Of a stretch of DNA of 64,000 nt, positions 24,224-38,000 are shown piece after piece. Position 1 is the stretch's first letter; each line of letters starts with the position of its first letter. The notes beneath the pieces were generated by a model. The model saw only the letters and a list, made by a program, of their open reading frames with translations, ran no database searches and had not been told where the DNA came from. Source of the stretch: Tricharina praecox. Its lineage: Eukaryota. The position numbers and the translations under genes are program-made. The stretch lies in assembly GCF_024521635.1 (NCBI RefSeq), contig NW_026250403.1, positions 682,001-746,000 on the forward strand, given 5' to 3'.

Positions 24224-27200
24224 GATGGGCGTCTGTTGGTCGAGTAGTTGTGAGTGCGTGTTGTGAGGTAGCGGTCGAGGAGGAGGAGGGTGGGTGGGTA
24301 TCGAGCGGTCGAGGATGGAGGTCCGGTTCTCAAATGAATGGTGAAGTTGTGCGAGGTTGAATGGGTTATCGAGTGGGTGATCGGTCTATGGGAGGTTTTT
24401 CGGGGAGGGAGGGGTGGGGGTGTTAATGAAGATATAAGAACCGCGGATGGTAATACAATGATAGTGGGTTGAGTAGATGCTGTTGTTGAAGTTGAAGTTG
24501 AAGTAATGCCACGACAAAAAGGCCAGGGGGGGAGGGAAGGCAGCGTGTTTATGTATGTGAGAAGCTCAGCCGCGTCGCAAGCGGCATGTCAATGAGGGGT
24601 GGGGAGGTGGTAGCCGGGATAAACTTTCGTTATAAGGAAGCGGATGAGTGGTGGGTAGTAGTGGTTGGTAGTAGCAGTGGGCAGTAAGTGCAGGGCCGGG
24701 CAAGAAAGGCGATGCAGCCATGACCACCACCACCGTCGCCGTCGAGCCAGCCAGCCATCAGCCATCATCCAGCCAGCCAGGACAAGACCTTGGAGGACAA
24801 GCCACCAGCAGGCCATGTGTGTGTGTTGCTACTCTATCGATTATTTTTGGCTGCTAACCCATGCGGTAGTGCCGGAGCGTTAGCCCTGGGCAGAGAGCAA
24901 CGCTACGAGGTTGTGAATGACAAACATCGGGCAGGGACATGGGAGTCGCTTGCAACGACAGGGAGCAAGGAAGGGGGGGGGGGGCACTGTTTATTATTTT
25001 CTTTTTCCTTTATTTCATTGATTTACCTATTATTTTTTCTTTTTCTTTTTTTTTCTTTTTGGGTGGCCTCCTCTTACCCTCCCCCCTCTCTCGGTGCTGT
25101 GGGCAGAGGGTGGGTGGGAGGGGTGGGTGTGTGGGAGTGTGGGTATGTGTGATGTGTAGGTGTGGTGGCCGTGGTGGTGGAGCTCGAGGCGGCGGGGGGC
25201 CATGGCAGTTGAAAGAGCTCTGAGGGTGTGCGGGCGAAAACAGCAAGGCGCAGAACAGCAAAGAGGGTGACGCAGGTGTTAGGTGTGGTGAGTGTGGTGA
25301 GGTTGTGTGTGTATCACAAGGATCGGTTCTGACTGGTTGGACGGGCTGTCCTGCCTTTTGGCTGGCCGGCCGGCCGTCGATTTGGGTGACTGAGGACAAA
25401 GACCGAATGCACTGCATCTGCCCGCAGCCAGGCAGGAAGCCAACCAGCCAGCCCTCTCCTCGTTGGTTGTAGACTCGTAGGTGAAGCAGCAGCCACTACC
25501 ACTTCTCACCTCACTTCACCTCACCTCTCGTCCCCTCTGTCCATGGCCCACCACCACTACACTGACCGACACACCCCCCATCCCCCGGTTCTCTCTCTCC
25601 CTCCCTCTCGTGTTCGCCCAGTACCGACCCACGATTATGTGGCTCGCGGTGTTCGGGTACGCAAATCAGATGAGAAACCAAAGCATGCAACATCACTGGC
25701 TCGATAGTGAACGCACGCAGTCAATGCAAGTGCACAAGCTCATATCCCATATCCGAGTGCATTGCCTGTCCGTTCCCCACAAGTTTACGGCGAGTAGGAG
25801 GCGTGCGCGATATGAACAAGTCGGGACAAGCAAAGCACCGCTGCATGGAGTACGCGGAGCACGTATAGAGATGTATGTACGGGCACGAGTAGAGGCATGA
25901 TAGTCACTGCTCTACATACGGTACTCTACTCGACATACTCTACTTTCTCTCACTACATATGCCTGAACTCTCCCAGTACCGCTCCGTGGGCCGGCTGCGT
26001 GGAAGCAGTGGAGCGAGAGAGAGAGAGATAGTGAGTGAGAGTGAGAGTGATCGGACGTGCCTCTCCACACGAATGGCACGTCGTCCTCGTCCGTCCATCC
26101 TGCACAGTCTTTAGGTCCAGCGTGGCTTCTGGCCCACGGCCCATCGTCACTCTGCACGAAAAACAAAAACATCTGAGGTCGAGATCCTGGCAATTCGGTC
26201 AAGTGACGCGGATTGCTTTTTGGCTCCGTGGAATGGGTACGCTTCCCCGAGAAACGGAGTGGGTTGTCTGCAAAGCTCTCACGATGTTCGTTGTTGTTGT
26301 TGCTCCGGCGGTGTGGTGGTGCCTGGCCACACCTGCAAGTGCCCTGGAGCGAGTACAACAGTGGTTACCCCAAGCACCCTGGAGCTCTAGTTGTATGTGC
26401 TCTACATACATACTCCAGAGTACCGTAGAGTGCCCGAAGGTACCTGGCAAGGGCAAGTCTCCCCCTCGTAAGGGCAAGTCTCCCTCGCAACGGCCCAACT
26501 TCGACCGTCGTCGTCGACTCGTCCAAGGGATCTCACCCCAACTTGACAAAGCCCGAGCGTCCTGCCTCACTAACCCGAGGCGGCCAGTCCTCGCGTCTGG
26601 TCGTTGCAGCTCCCCACCGCGGAATTGGTGCTGTCGCCCAAAATTCCCCCCTTCGAAGCTGCTGCTGCTGCTTGCAGGCAGGCGGACTGCGGACAGGCTG
26701 TTGGTGGTTCACATCCATTCGAGTCCGAATCTGCACCTAGATAGCTAGTGCGGCGTGCCGGATGCCTGTCCATCGTCGACGTGGCTCCTGTCTGGAGCCC
26801 GGCCTCACAGACCAGAACAACACCATAGAACACACCTGCCTGGCCTCCGCTTGTACCGATGTATCCGCTCTAGCACGCCGCCCTTTGCGTATGTAGAAAA
26901 GCATGTAGAGTGCTCGACCCCACCACCCAGCACCACCGTCGCCGCCGCCGCCGCCGTCGAGGAGTCAAGTCGACTTCTGGTCCAAAACCGGGGGTTGGTC
27001 AGTCCGCCGTGCGGGTCGTGCCCGAAAGAAGGAAGTGTCGATCTTGTTTTGCGACTCCCCTAACTCTAGCGAATCAACCACTGCTCGTCTAGGGCTTATC
27101 GACTCGCTCGCTCGTCCGCCACCCACACACGCCACAGCTGTCTTAGCGCTCCTCGCGACAACCCATCCCATGTTTCCCAACTTGAACTACCACTCTAGTA

Positions 27201-30200
27201 ACTAACGATCAACTACGGTACTCCACCCCGTCGTCGACGTCAGAACGAAGGGGGAGGATGAAAGAAAAGAAGGAAAAAAAACTAAGAGCTCCACTAGTTG
27301 GTAACCTCCTAGCCTGGGCGTTGGAAACATGACATCGCAAGTGTTCATACATAGCCCCCCCCTTCAAAAAAACCAACACGACAGCTGGAAGCAACCACTC
27401 CGCCGGAGATTGTTGGAATCCGACGATCGGGCACAACCAGACCGTAGGAATTCCGAGAGGAAAACTGGGGAAATCAGCCCGGCGAATTCCAATGCCAGCA
27501 GGCCCAATCACTGGTTGGAACAAGTGGTCCCCAAAAACTTCACCGCGGGCCGCGCCAACCTCAACCTCTTGGATCGAACAACGGGCGGCGAACATCCTGT
27601 TGGGTAAGCGGAAAATAATCCGGTCAATCCGACGATGTCATCCATCCGGGCAACTGAGTACCGTGGCTGCTGCTGCTGCTGATGCTGGCCAAAAGAAAGA
27701 AAGAAAGAGAAAGAAAAAAACACTCTGCAAACCGCACGAGCTGTACTCTACTTACCGGCAGAATCGAGCCCCCGTATTCATTCATCCGGTGCTGCTCCTC
27801 GGTATTTTTCACGAACAACATTATTCAGTCCAGAAGGGCCAGAGCGGACTCATCGATATCATCGTGTCCTTTGCGATGCTACCCCACAAGTTACATCCCT
27901 CCCAACGCAGCTGTGCATAATACCTACCATCGTGAGGTATGTGTCTGTACAGTTCATACATACCCAGCAACCAATACACCGAATTCCGGGGCCGTCGGTT
28001 ATACCACCCGTCCCCGACGCTCGAAACGAAATGCTCGAACATTAACACCTCATACTCATCGAAATCTGCAGCTGTTTCCCGGCCACAGACCCCCTACCAC
28101 GGATAATACTTGTTATCTACCTCAATATACAACACTTCCATGGATACCTTTACCAGTACCTATTGTGGCTGATGAGGTCACCTGATGCGGCCGCAACGAC
28201 TCCACCTTCTCGCCCATCCGGCTGAGGCCGAAGAATACCAACAGTCGACCCATTTCCCTCCTTCGGCGGTAGTGTTGGTTTTTTCTCTCCATGGCCCAGT
28301 GTGCTGGTGCTCGGAAGCATGCCCAACGATGGAACTCGGATCCACTGGAGCCCGGGATGTATCCACCTAGGTTAGAAGCGGTACGGATCAGTTACCGTTC
28401 TGTCCCGTCTGTTATGCTACCAACTTACCGTACCTTACCTTACCTAACCTGCCTATGCATACCACCCGCCCGAGCTCCCTTGGACCGTCTATTCCTGGCT
28501 ATCTTGACTCCAGAGCATGTGCACATGTCAACATCACTTTTTTGTTTCTTCGCATGAGCGAGCGCCCGGCTCGACTAAATTCCAGCACAGCAAACTCGGT
28601 TGTTTATGCACGGCTTCGTTTGGTGATACCCGTAGCGCCGGTTCCCTAACAGTTATTCTCGTTAGACAACCAGAGAGCACCTAACTAGAATCCGAACTAA
28701 AAAGAGCATCAAAGACAAGACAAGAGAAGAGAGAAGCCACGAGTTGGCTCTTGCGTGCGCTGGGCTGGGATGGATGGATCCATGTCTCAGAGCACCACCA
28801 CCACCAAGAGCTCCCCAAGAGTCAAGAGTTGGAACGAAAGGGAATTCCGGAGGGGACCGAGCGGGGACCGAGCGTGCGTTCGTGCGAGGGTAACCGTCTA
28901 AGCCTCGTGAGGTCGCTGCTGCTCGTTTGGTTTGGTGCGGTGCGGTGATCGGCGCTCGAAACGAAGCACTGGAAACATACCCAAACGTTCCTTGCAGGCA
29001 GCAACAGCAAGCAGCAGCAGAAGCCAATCGCACTGCACTATATTTCGACGGCTTGGGACTTTAGGAATTGCACTCTGATAGGTAGGATGCCAGCCCTCCC
29101 CCCCTCCCCGAGCTCACCAACATCAACATCTCCCGATCGACCCCATCGTCATCTTACGCCTTAGAGTAGTTACCCCAGCTCGAAACAGACGCCTTTTGCC
29201 CCATCATGACTGCCCTTTTTTTGTGTTTTATCCTACAGCAGCAGCAGCAGCAGCAGCCGCAGCGGTCATCGCGGAAATTGTGTAGGGAGGGTGGATGGGC
29301 TGTCTAAGTCACACACACACTACAATTAGGTGAGCAAGTACTCCACTCTACTCTATGTACCGTTGTAGAGTACAGTACTACACTCTAACAGCCGTCAGTC
29401 AAATGAGATGCGAAATGATACTCTACGGTAGACGAACGCAGGAGGAGGAGGCAACAACTTCTTCCAAGCTCCAAGACAGATTGTTTCGATACCTAGATTT
29501 CCCGCCCAAAGTGCCTCTACCTACTCTACTCTACTGCACACGATGGGATGAGGAAGGGGATGATAGAGGGGATGAGGGTCAACTGAATTTTGTTTCCTCG
29601 CCTCCCCTCCTCCCCTCCACTCCACATACATCCGGTGCACGCGATGCTACGTACTATACACAAAGTGCACAACAAAATACTCGGAACGCCTCGCCAGGGC
29701 TTTGTTCCGCTAGCTTGTGCACTTTTCGTGCACTTTCAACTTTCGAGCACTTTTAGGCGGTTTCAAGCACCCGACCGCGAACTGGTGGTTGTGGTTGTGG
29801 TGGTGGTGGTGGTGGGAGCCTTGGTGACATGGGACATGGGACATGGCGATAACTGAGTATGATACTCTACTCTATCTAGGTACCCCGCCCGCCGCTGCTG
29901 CCGCACGCGAACGCTTGTTCCGTTCGTTGCCACTTGCGATCGGGACGTTGGGTATGATGGTATTGGGATCTATCGATCCAGGGGTAATCCCTTCGGAGGT
30001 TTCTCCGACGGGTGGAGGGAGAGAGAGAGAGGGGGAGGGGGTGTTGATTGACCATGACCATGGCCATGACGGTGCCGGGTGTGGTGCGGTGCGGTGGGGT
30101 GGGGCGTGTGTTGTGTTGTGTTGGGTGGATACCTCCCTCCCCCCGAGCCCCCGAGCCCCCCTCTACGAGTGATGTCTCGTGCCAGGAGCAGGTTGTTTTT

Positions 30201-32645
30201 TTATCCTCTTAGCTCCACTACTCTACCCAGTAGGTAGCTAGGCAGGCGGGTGGAGGTGGGATAGTTACGATAGTTCCTGGGGATATTTCTGTAGCTTGCA
30301 GCAGAGATCGTGATTTGCTCCCAGGTTCTTTGCGGTCGGCGGGGGATCGCGAAGTTGACCGAGTTCTGGCGGGGCACCTGGTTACCCACCTACCTACCAC
30401 TGGTATTATCGTGACGATCGGGGCTTCAATGATTCCCAGCCAGCCAGCCATACCACTCCCCGCTCGGGATAACTAGGCCTCGAAAACCACGGTAATCAGC
30501 GATGTGAGATGTTTCGATCTACCCCACCCACCACCCACCAAACGGGCTTCTCGTCGGAGCCGCCTGCATCGTGGGTTGAGTTTTGACCGGCTCTTCCACG
30601 TCGTGGAGGTGGAGGTGGGTGGGGACCCTGTGTATCTGGGCGTGTGTGCCAGTGTGCCAGTGTGCCTGGTAGGCCTGGGTGTCTGGGTGCCTGGGAGGAG
30701 GGGGCAGGTGGATACATAGCCTCGGTGAAACAACACAAAGCGGAGCATAAGCTCAAGCATACATAAGCATAAGCTCACGATCAAGATCAAGCTCGAGATC
30801 TCAAGCTCAAGTTCACGGGGACGCAGGCCGCAGGTGGCAGGAGAAACAATCCATGGCTTGGCTCGTTGGGGTTGGGACCAGTTCCTGACGAGGACGTTTG
30901 CACGTTGCGAACCGAACTTGTGATGTTGCGGACTTGCACTTTGCGGACTTGTGATGTTGCGATGTTTTGCGATGTTTTACGGAGACTTCCGCCACCCTGC
31001 CTGCACATGTAGGCTGAAGCGCCACCACCTCCTCCTCCTTCTCCAACTCCCCCTCACCCTCCTCATCCCGCGTTTCGGTAAACTCCTAATAACGTCACGA
31101 TAATGGTACGGTGGAGTAGAGTAGAGTACCGTAGAGTGGGTACTAGTACGCACTGTAGGTACTCTATGTACTCCGTTACTCCGCCCCGCGTGGGAGATGG
31201 GCAGAGTACTCTATGTAATCGTCTCGTGATGGCACTCCCCTCCACACACCATGTCTCGCACGCCGCGCCGCGGCGGATGTGTGTATGTGTGTATGTGTGT
31301 ACGTGTGTATGTGTGTATGTGCGGACGTGTGGATGTGTGTGTGGGTGGGTTGCAGAATTGCGGATCCGAACTTTTAAGAAACGTCGATTGAACCGATTGA
31401 ATCGAGCGAGCGTTTGCAGGTTTGCAGCAGCAACGTCCAGCTTCAACGACCAGTTTGCAGCAACGACCCGTTAACCAGACTAAGTACGGTAGCATGTACC
31501 GTGGATCGCGGGACGAGTATGAGCACGAGCACGAGCACGAGGGCTGAGGGGGAAACAAGAGTCTAGAGGTGTAGATACTCCGCATCGGCTGCCGATCGTG
31601 ACATGTTTTGTTTTGTCTGTCTGAAGGGTTTCCTTGAACTTCCCCCCATACTCATCGCTTCGAGCGAGTAGAGTACTCTACCGGTAGTCCGCCGCAACAA
31701 AGCGAGAAAGAACGAGAGAAAAAAAGAATTCCAAGCTGATGGGTCGGTCTCCTCTACTTCGCAATGCACATACTCTACATACATGCACGATGGTTTTCCT
31801 TTTCCTTTCCAGGCCTGGGTAGGCCTGGGTGGGTAAGTACAAAGCAGAAGTAGGTTCCGTGCAGAATGCAGATGCAGGCGACGCCAGTGATCTCGAATAG
31901 TTGCCGTGATCTTGCATAACCATCGAGGGCTATCGACGGAGGGAGGGAGGGACGCAGCTGCGGAGCTGTGGAGGTGCGGAGGGGCGGAATCGTTTTACCT
32001 GGGTCGGAGTCGGAGGGAGGGAGGGAGGGCTTTCAAAGGGTGGGGGAGCATCTACAGTACGGTAGAGCACTCTACTATGAGTACTCTATTCTATGGAGGC
32101 GCTTTCGGCTCCCCTTTCCGAACCGTGCGTGAGTGCGAGCTTGCGTGAGTGCGAGCGTGGGGAAGCCCTCCCCCTCGATCTCTCCTCAAAGCCAAACAAA
32201 CAAACAGAAACGAAAACGAAAACCGTAACCAAGGTTTTTTTGTTTTTGTTTCCCGGACTAAGCTCGCGATCGTGTTCCCTCGGTGCACACCGGGAGGGAG
32301 GGGAGGAGCGGGGGCACGGCAGCTGCCCGGAAAATAAGGAAAAACTCTCGCCTACATACTCTACATACACGAAGAATCCCCGCACTGGATGCACTGAATG
32401 AGCCGACGGTAGTATGTAGAAGTAGGATCGGAAGGCTCTGGACGTGCGCAATCGTCGATGCGACTACATAACGACATCATACCTCTGTATATACAGGCAA
32501 ATACTCTGCCGAAATACGGTACATACAAACATACATGTCGAGACTCGAGACTTGAGCCATCTCCCCCCACCGCCCCCGCCTTTGGCCTTGGCCTTTGTCG
32601 TTGCGATCAGCGAGCAGCGAGCAGCGAGCAAAACAAAACAAAGCT

Positions 32646-32745
32646 GAGCAAAACAAAGCCGAGCTGAGCAGCGGTGAGCAGAGCAAAACAAAGCAGAGCA
32701 AAACAAAGCCGAGCTGAGCAGCGGTGAGCAGAGCACAACAAAGCA
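32646..32745. repeat. 50-bp tandem duplication inside a GAGCA/AAACA-rich minisatellite
   Basis: Copies 32646-32695 and 32696-32745 differ at one position. Confidence 0.9.
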
Positions 32746-34958
32746 GAGCAGCGTAGAGCACTCTGGAGTAACTGCTCCCGCAGTGCGTTACTTCTCTTCT
32801 CTTCTCCTCGATATTGTTTGGGCTTGCTTTGGCGTAGGTGTATGTGTGGGGTACCGCAGCGCACCGCGTTGCGCCGTAACGTACTCTACCATAGAGTAGG
32901 TACATCATACGTGCGGCAAAAACCAGAGACAAATTATTCAGATGGCCCGTAAAGTGGAGCAACTGAGGTTCAGCCATCCATCGCATGCATGCGCGTGGCC
33001 GCTCCATCCATCCATCCACCACCACCGCGGTCTACGGCCTGCGGCCTGCGGGCGCGCGGACGCCATCGCAATTCGCATCGATAGTGCGCCCCGGGGAAAA
33101 GTATGTCGCCGCATAGTTTGTGGTTGCATAGCATAGCATACATAGCACAAGCCACAAATCTGCAAAACCCGGAGTCTGGAGTCTGGAGTACCTCTAGAGT
33201 ACCTTCTAGACGACGAAGTCTCGAAGACGACGACGACGACGACGACGGCGCCGCCGCCGCCGGCCATCTTTGGCCCTAACTAACAGTTACCCGAAATCTG
33301 GATCTAGATCTCCGTGCCGTGGGTACCGTACATGAGTACGGACGGACGACCGTCGCCGCCCGCCCGCCCCTGTTATGCTCTAGGTAGCGCAGCACTGGCG
33401 CCTTCCATGATCTGATGCACCAGCACAGCAACGGCGGCCTCGACTCGGGAATCGGGTGCTCCCGTTTTGCACCCGCATCACGTGGAGATCAACTAGCGAT
33501 GGGAGGTGGACGCGAATGGCCGCTGGATGGAGTGGCTAGTACCGGCTAACAAATACTAGGCATCTCGGCGATAACTATACCCACGGCTGTCCGTTGCGGA
33601 TCTATGGGCCGGCCGGCTATGTAGCTACACTACGGTGACTCTTTCCTTCTTCTCCTCGCTCGATCGCCTCTTTCTGCGCCACGATGGTTAGTTACCATGG
33701 AGAGCGCACCCCCAAGTGCTGTGAAGTGAAACCCCTTGCTCTTCCTCTTGCTCCTGCTCTTGGGCAAGGGCTGCGGAACAAATAGGAATCCTCGTCGAAT
33801 TCGTCGAATACTTACCACTATATACCAGTAGGCAGTTACCGTGATCGGGGTTCTCCCGACCGGGCAAACAAAATTCCAAAAGCATCGCATCGCATCAGAC
33901 AGACAGACAGACAGGCGGACATAATCATCCACAGCAGCAGCAGCAGCAGTAGGTAGGAGCGGAAACGTCATCGTTGTTGTTGGTTGCCTGGTGTATTGCA
34001 CCTATGTGGAATAGGCCTGTAGATAGAGTGCTCTACCGGCGGGGCTCCCGAGGTTGCACACACACCGGGCGTCACTCGCGCGCGATCCTCTGTTTCTCGC
34101 TTTATTTTGTTTCTCTCCCTCGAGTCTCCCCCCTCCCTCTCAGCCCGGCATATAGTACCTCCTACATACATCATACTTGCTATCGATAGTATCTCGCGCA
34201 GAATTTCCCTTGTCGCTCCACTATTTTCTCCGCTATGCCGTATGTACTGGAGCCACTATACTTGCTCCACTATGTACAATACAATACTCCTCAATGCGCA
34301 TCCCCCCATCCCCCCCCATCCATCCCCCCCCCATCCCTCCTCGTTTCCCGTGGAAGTGGTGGTCGTGGCTGGAGATGATGGTGGTGGAGGTAGTGGGGGG
34401 ATGGGCAAGCATGCAGTCAGGGTAGAGTACTGATCAGATGCGATGCAGATGGGGAGATGCGATTATATTATTACTACATGTGTTCTGGCGACACCGCGCG
34501 AAACAAAGTGCTCATGCTCATGCTCATGCTACATATGTGGGCAGAGTAATGCCCGGTCGACTTCGTGAAACCAACACTTCCCCGGGGAGCGAGGTCCGCT
34601 GGGTGAATACACACCTACATACATATGCCGGCGGGGGGCGTGTAGAGTACTATGTAGATGGATAGGGTACGTGGGGAGTGTGTAGGTATGTTGCGTATGC
34701 TGGGTTGGTTGGGTATGTATTGTGTGTAGGCAAGGGGCTGAGGCCTGGAGAGGGTGGGCTGGGCTGAAAAGGCTGACTCGTCACTCCGTTCGACTCCGTT
34801 CGACTGGCTCCAGAGTCTAGAGATATCGATTTCGATCCGTACCTCGCTGTGATTCTCCTCCCGTCCGACAAACATTTGTTTTGTTCCGCAAACGAGCACG
34901 GCGTTTGCACGTGTACCCGGCCGATGTCTGCTCATGGAGTCACAGACAGCTGAACACA

Positions 34959-35011
34959 GCCCAGTGCCCAGTACCCAGTGCCCAGTGCCCAGTGCCCAGT
35001 GCCCAGTGCCC
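34959..35011. repeat. (GCCCAGT)n heptamer tandem repeat; the same unit occurs at 18041-18068
   Basis: About 7 copies, read directly. Confidence 0.85.
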
Positions 35012-38000
35012 GTGGTTATGACGATAGCGATCATGATGGTGAAGGGATACCCCGACCAGATTCCCAAACCACAGCCTCGACCCCTCCGACCCCTCCGACC
35101 CCTCCGTCTCGGATCACGAAGAGATCCCTCGTCGCTATCATACCTACCTTCTATATGGTACAGCCTTACAGGGGCGCCTTCCAGCCCAGTCCATGGTCGT
35201 GCGGACGGTACGACGGTATGACGGTATGACTCGTGGACTGGACGACAAAGAACGCAATATACTCGTGTCGCTACCACCGATGCGCATGGAGATCTGGATC
35301 CCTCGTGGAGGTGGAGGGGGTTTGTGGTTTGTGGTTCATGGCAGGAGTCGAACTCGGCTGCTGGGATGATCCATGGCGCCGGAGAGGGGGGGCAGTGAAC
35401 TTTGAAGAAGTCGTCACGGCGGTTTCGTACCGTACCGCACTGTATCTCGGGTCCCCCTCTTCACACCTTCACATGGCCATCGTCGTCGGCGCCGTGTCGT
35501 TGGCGAAACGGTACCTGACTTGACTCACAACACGTCGACACGGCTGTTGCACAGCAATCCACAGGGGGTGGGAGGGGGCGTGATCGCGCTTCGTGGTGGT
35601 CACAGCGGGAGCTGGGCTCGCATGTGAAACGCACAGAGTCAACCAGAAGGCTACGAACGTGCTGGATGCGTTGGATGGCAGCGGCCAGATAATTGCACGC
35701 TTCGTTATCGCAGCAACAACCAGCACCACCACCGCCCACAAGCACAACCAGCACTCGCGTAGCCCCTCGGCGATAGCGAGCACAGTCATGCACATTACAC
35801 GGAAGCTCTCTCCTGAGTCCTGCCTGCTATGAATGCTGCACTTCCAAGTTCCAGCGAGCGACTGCCAACGTCTGCCAACGTCGTGGTCGTGCGTGACACA
35901 CGTGATATCACTCGTCTGCTTATCGCTCCACCTGGAGTAACGAGGCGCCACCAGCTCACTACTGCAAGGGCGAAAAGGGCATAAATGTGGATAAAGTTGA
36001 ACGGGCTGATCGGTGCATGTGTACACTACGGAAAGGTGGCCAGTCCAGCTAAAAGTGCAAATCCTTGAGGCGAACTAATGTTGCATCCACCGTGTTGATG
36101 GGTGGCCACTGGACACTGGCCAGTCAAGTTTTGACAAGACGACCTCTAGATGTAGGTTGGTGCCCGCGGTGGAGAATACACACTACACTGCGCACTGGCA
36201 TACTGCACGGAGGGACTAAATCGAGATTATACCCCCTTTATGTACGCCCAACGGCCTGACGTGGACAGTGGACACTCTAGTATCTACGTCTCCGGTGGTG
36301 GTGGTGCACACATGGAAGCTGTGTGTATATGTGTATAGGTACATAGTCACCGACAATACAATCCTTCGCATCGAGATTTCCCGTTTCCTCTCGCTCGAAG
36401 CAGCCGTTGGAGCCATGTAGGGCGAAACGGTTGGTAGAATCGTCGATAAGATAGTACTTAGGGCAATCAATGAAACCATCGGCCGCCCGGTATGTAGAGT
36501 AATCTGTTGGGACCAGCGGGGGCTGGGGGCGGCGAACGAGGCGGTGAATGAAACGAGGCGGCGTGTCGTCTCCGTGGTATGGCCGTCCGTTGAGATGTTC
36601 ATGCTGGAGGCTAGAGGTAGGAAGCTGGAGGCTGGAGCTCGCCCGGCGTCCACAGCGCCACGGCCGCGTCCGGAAATAGGTATGCTACCTACTAGTCACA
36701 GGCAGGGCTCCGAAGTTCCGACGTGAGAAGATATGATTCCCTCGGCGTTGGCGTTGGCGGTTCTCGCTCCGAGGATTATCTACATATTCGCCTTGGAGAC
36801 GCCTTGGAGACGCCCCTCTTGCTGCAATGGAGACAACACTGGATTCGCCTTAGAAATGTCCTCTCGCTACCGTGGATTTAGCTGCTGACAGCCCCATCTA
36901 CATAGTCTGCTAGATCATCCACCTCCTCGCTCAATATAATAGTGACGAAGACTCGGTACAGATGAGCACTCTTTTCCCACACTACATAGGTAGCACGCTG
37001 TCAATTGCTGATGATCTAATGGGCGACAATGAATCTAAACAAATACTCCCTAGTAGTAGCACACAGTGCGGGCCAGGGCTGAGGGTGGGCTGAGGGGCGG
37101 TGGACAGCGGGGGCAGGGTCGAAAAGCGGATTTCACGAAATGCAATGATCTGATCGATATGCGGTATGCGGTATTACAAATTCGATGTGGCCAAAGAATG
37201 GGTGCAACATTGCTGTGTAAGTAAGTATCCTCTGGTTTAATGAATATGGGGTCGATTCGAATCTCAAGCCTCAAGGAGCTCGGAAGCTGGGATTGATGCC
37301 AGGGCCAGGTGAACACTGTGTTGCGTAGCAAAACCAGCTTTAAAGAAGTACGAATTTTGTAGGCAGCTGTGTGGAAATGGTACCTATCCACTCAGCGTTC
37401 GGGGGGAGTACGAGGTCTCCGTGACTCCCTGTCAGTCTAGCTAGCTTTGACCGTGGCTTTAGGGGTAAATTTTCTTCATGAGACTGCACAGCTTCCAAGA
37501 ATCCAACTTGCATCAAATTTCAGATACTGCATCACACGAGGCAGATGCAGTGGAGTATCACCACCAGATCCCCCAAAAGACGTCTCTTAACGAGCATTCA
37601 ACGAATACCATATGAGCCCGGAGTTCGTAGCAACGCTTTCTGATTTTGTACTGGTATTGCGATGGAATATTTGCCTTCTAAAAATTATAATTCATTTGAC
37701 CTCCTTATTAATTCGGCCTTTCATAAATGCCGTATTTCAACACTTGGAATGCCACGACGAACGTCACACTGTGCCGTGTACAGTACACGGCAACATATCT
37801 GGTCACTCATCCCCCCCCCCCGCGGGATCGGGCATCAGTCCTGGCGACACTGCGCAGTTCTCCCGATTCCGTGTCTCAGCCTGCTGTACTTACTCGAGCC
37901 TTGTTTCCCCGACTGTGCTCCGGACGCCATCGGAACGATCCTGCGGCAGAAATGAATATTGTTCATCGTTCGTTGTTCAGCATTCATCGCCGCAGGCAGT

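Noticed and set aside
24224-24385. 54 open codons upstream of the kinase ATG (possible non-AUG extension)
   Set aside because: C-rich leaders lack stops by chance, and the ATG at 24223 already gives a family-typical N-terminus.
26449-26487. Duplicated GGGCAAGTCT resembling p53 half-sites
   Set aside because: A simple 21-bp tandem duplication; fungi have no p53.
35340-35365. tRNA B-box-like GTTCGA motifs (also 16983 and 46001)
   Set aside because: No T-stem pairing, A-box or cloverleaf.
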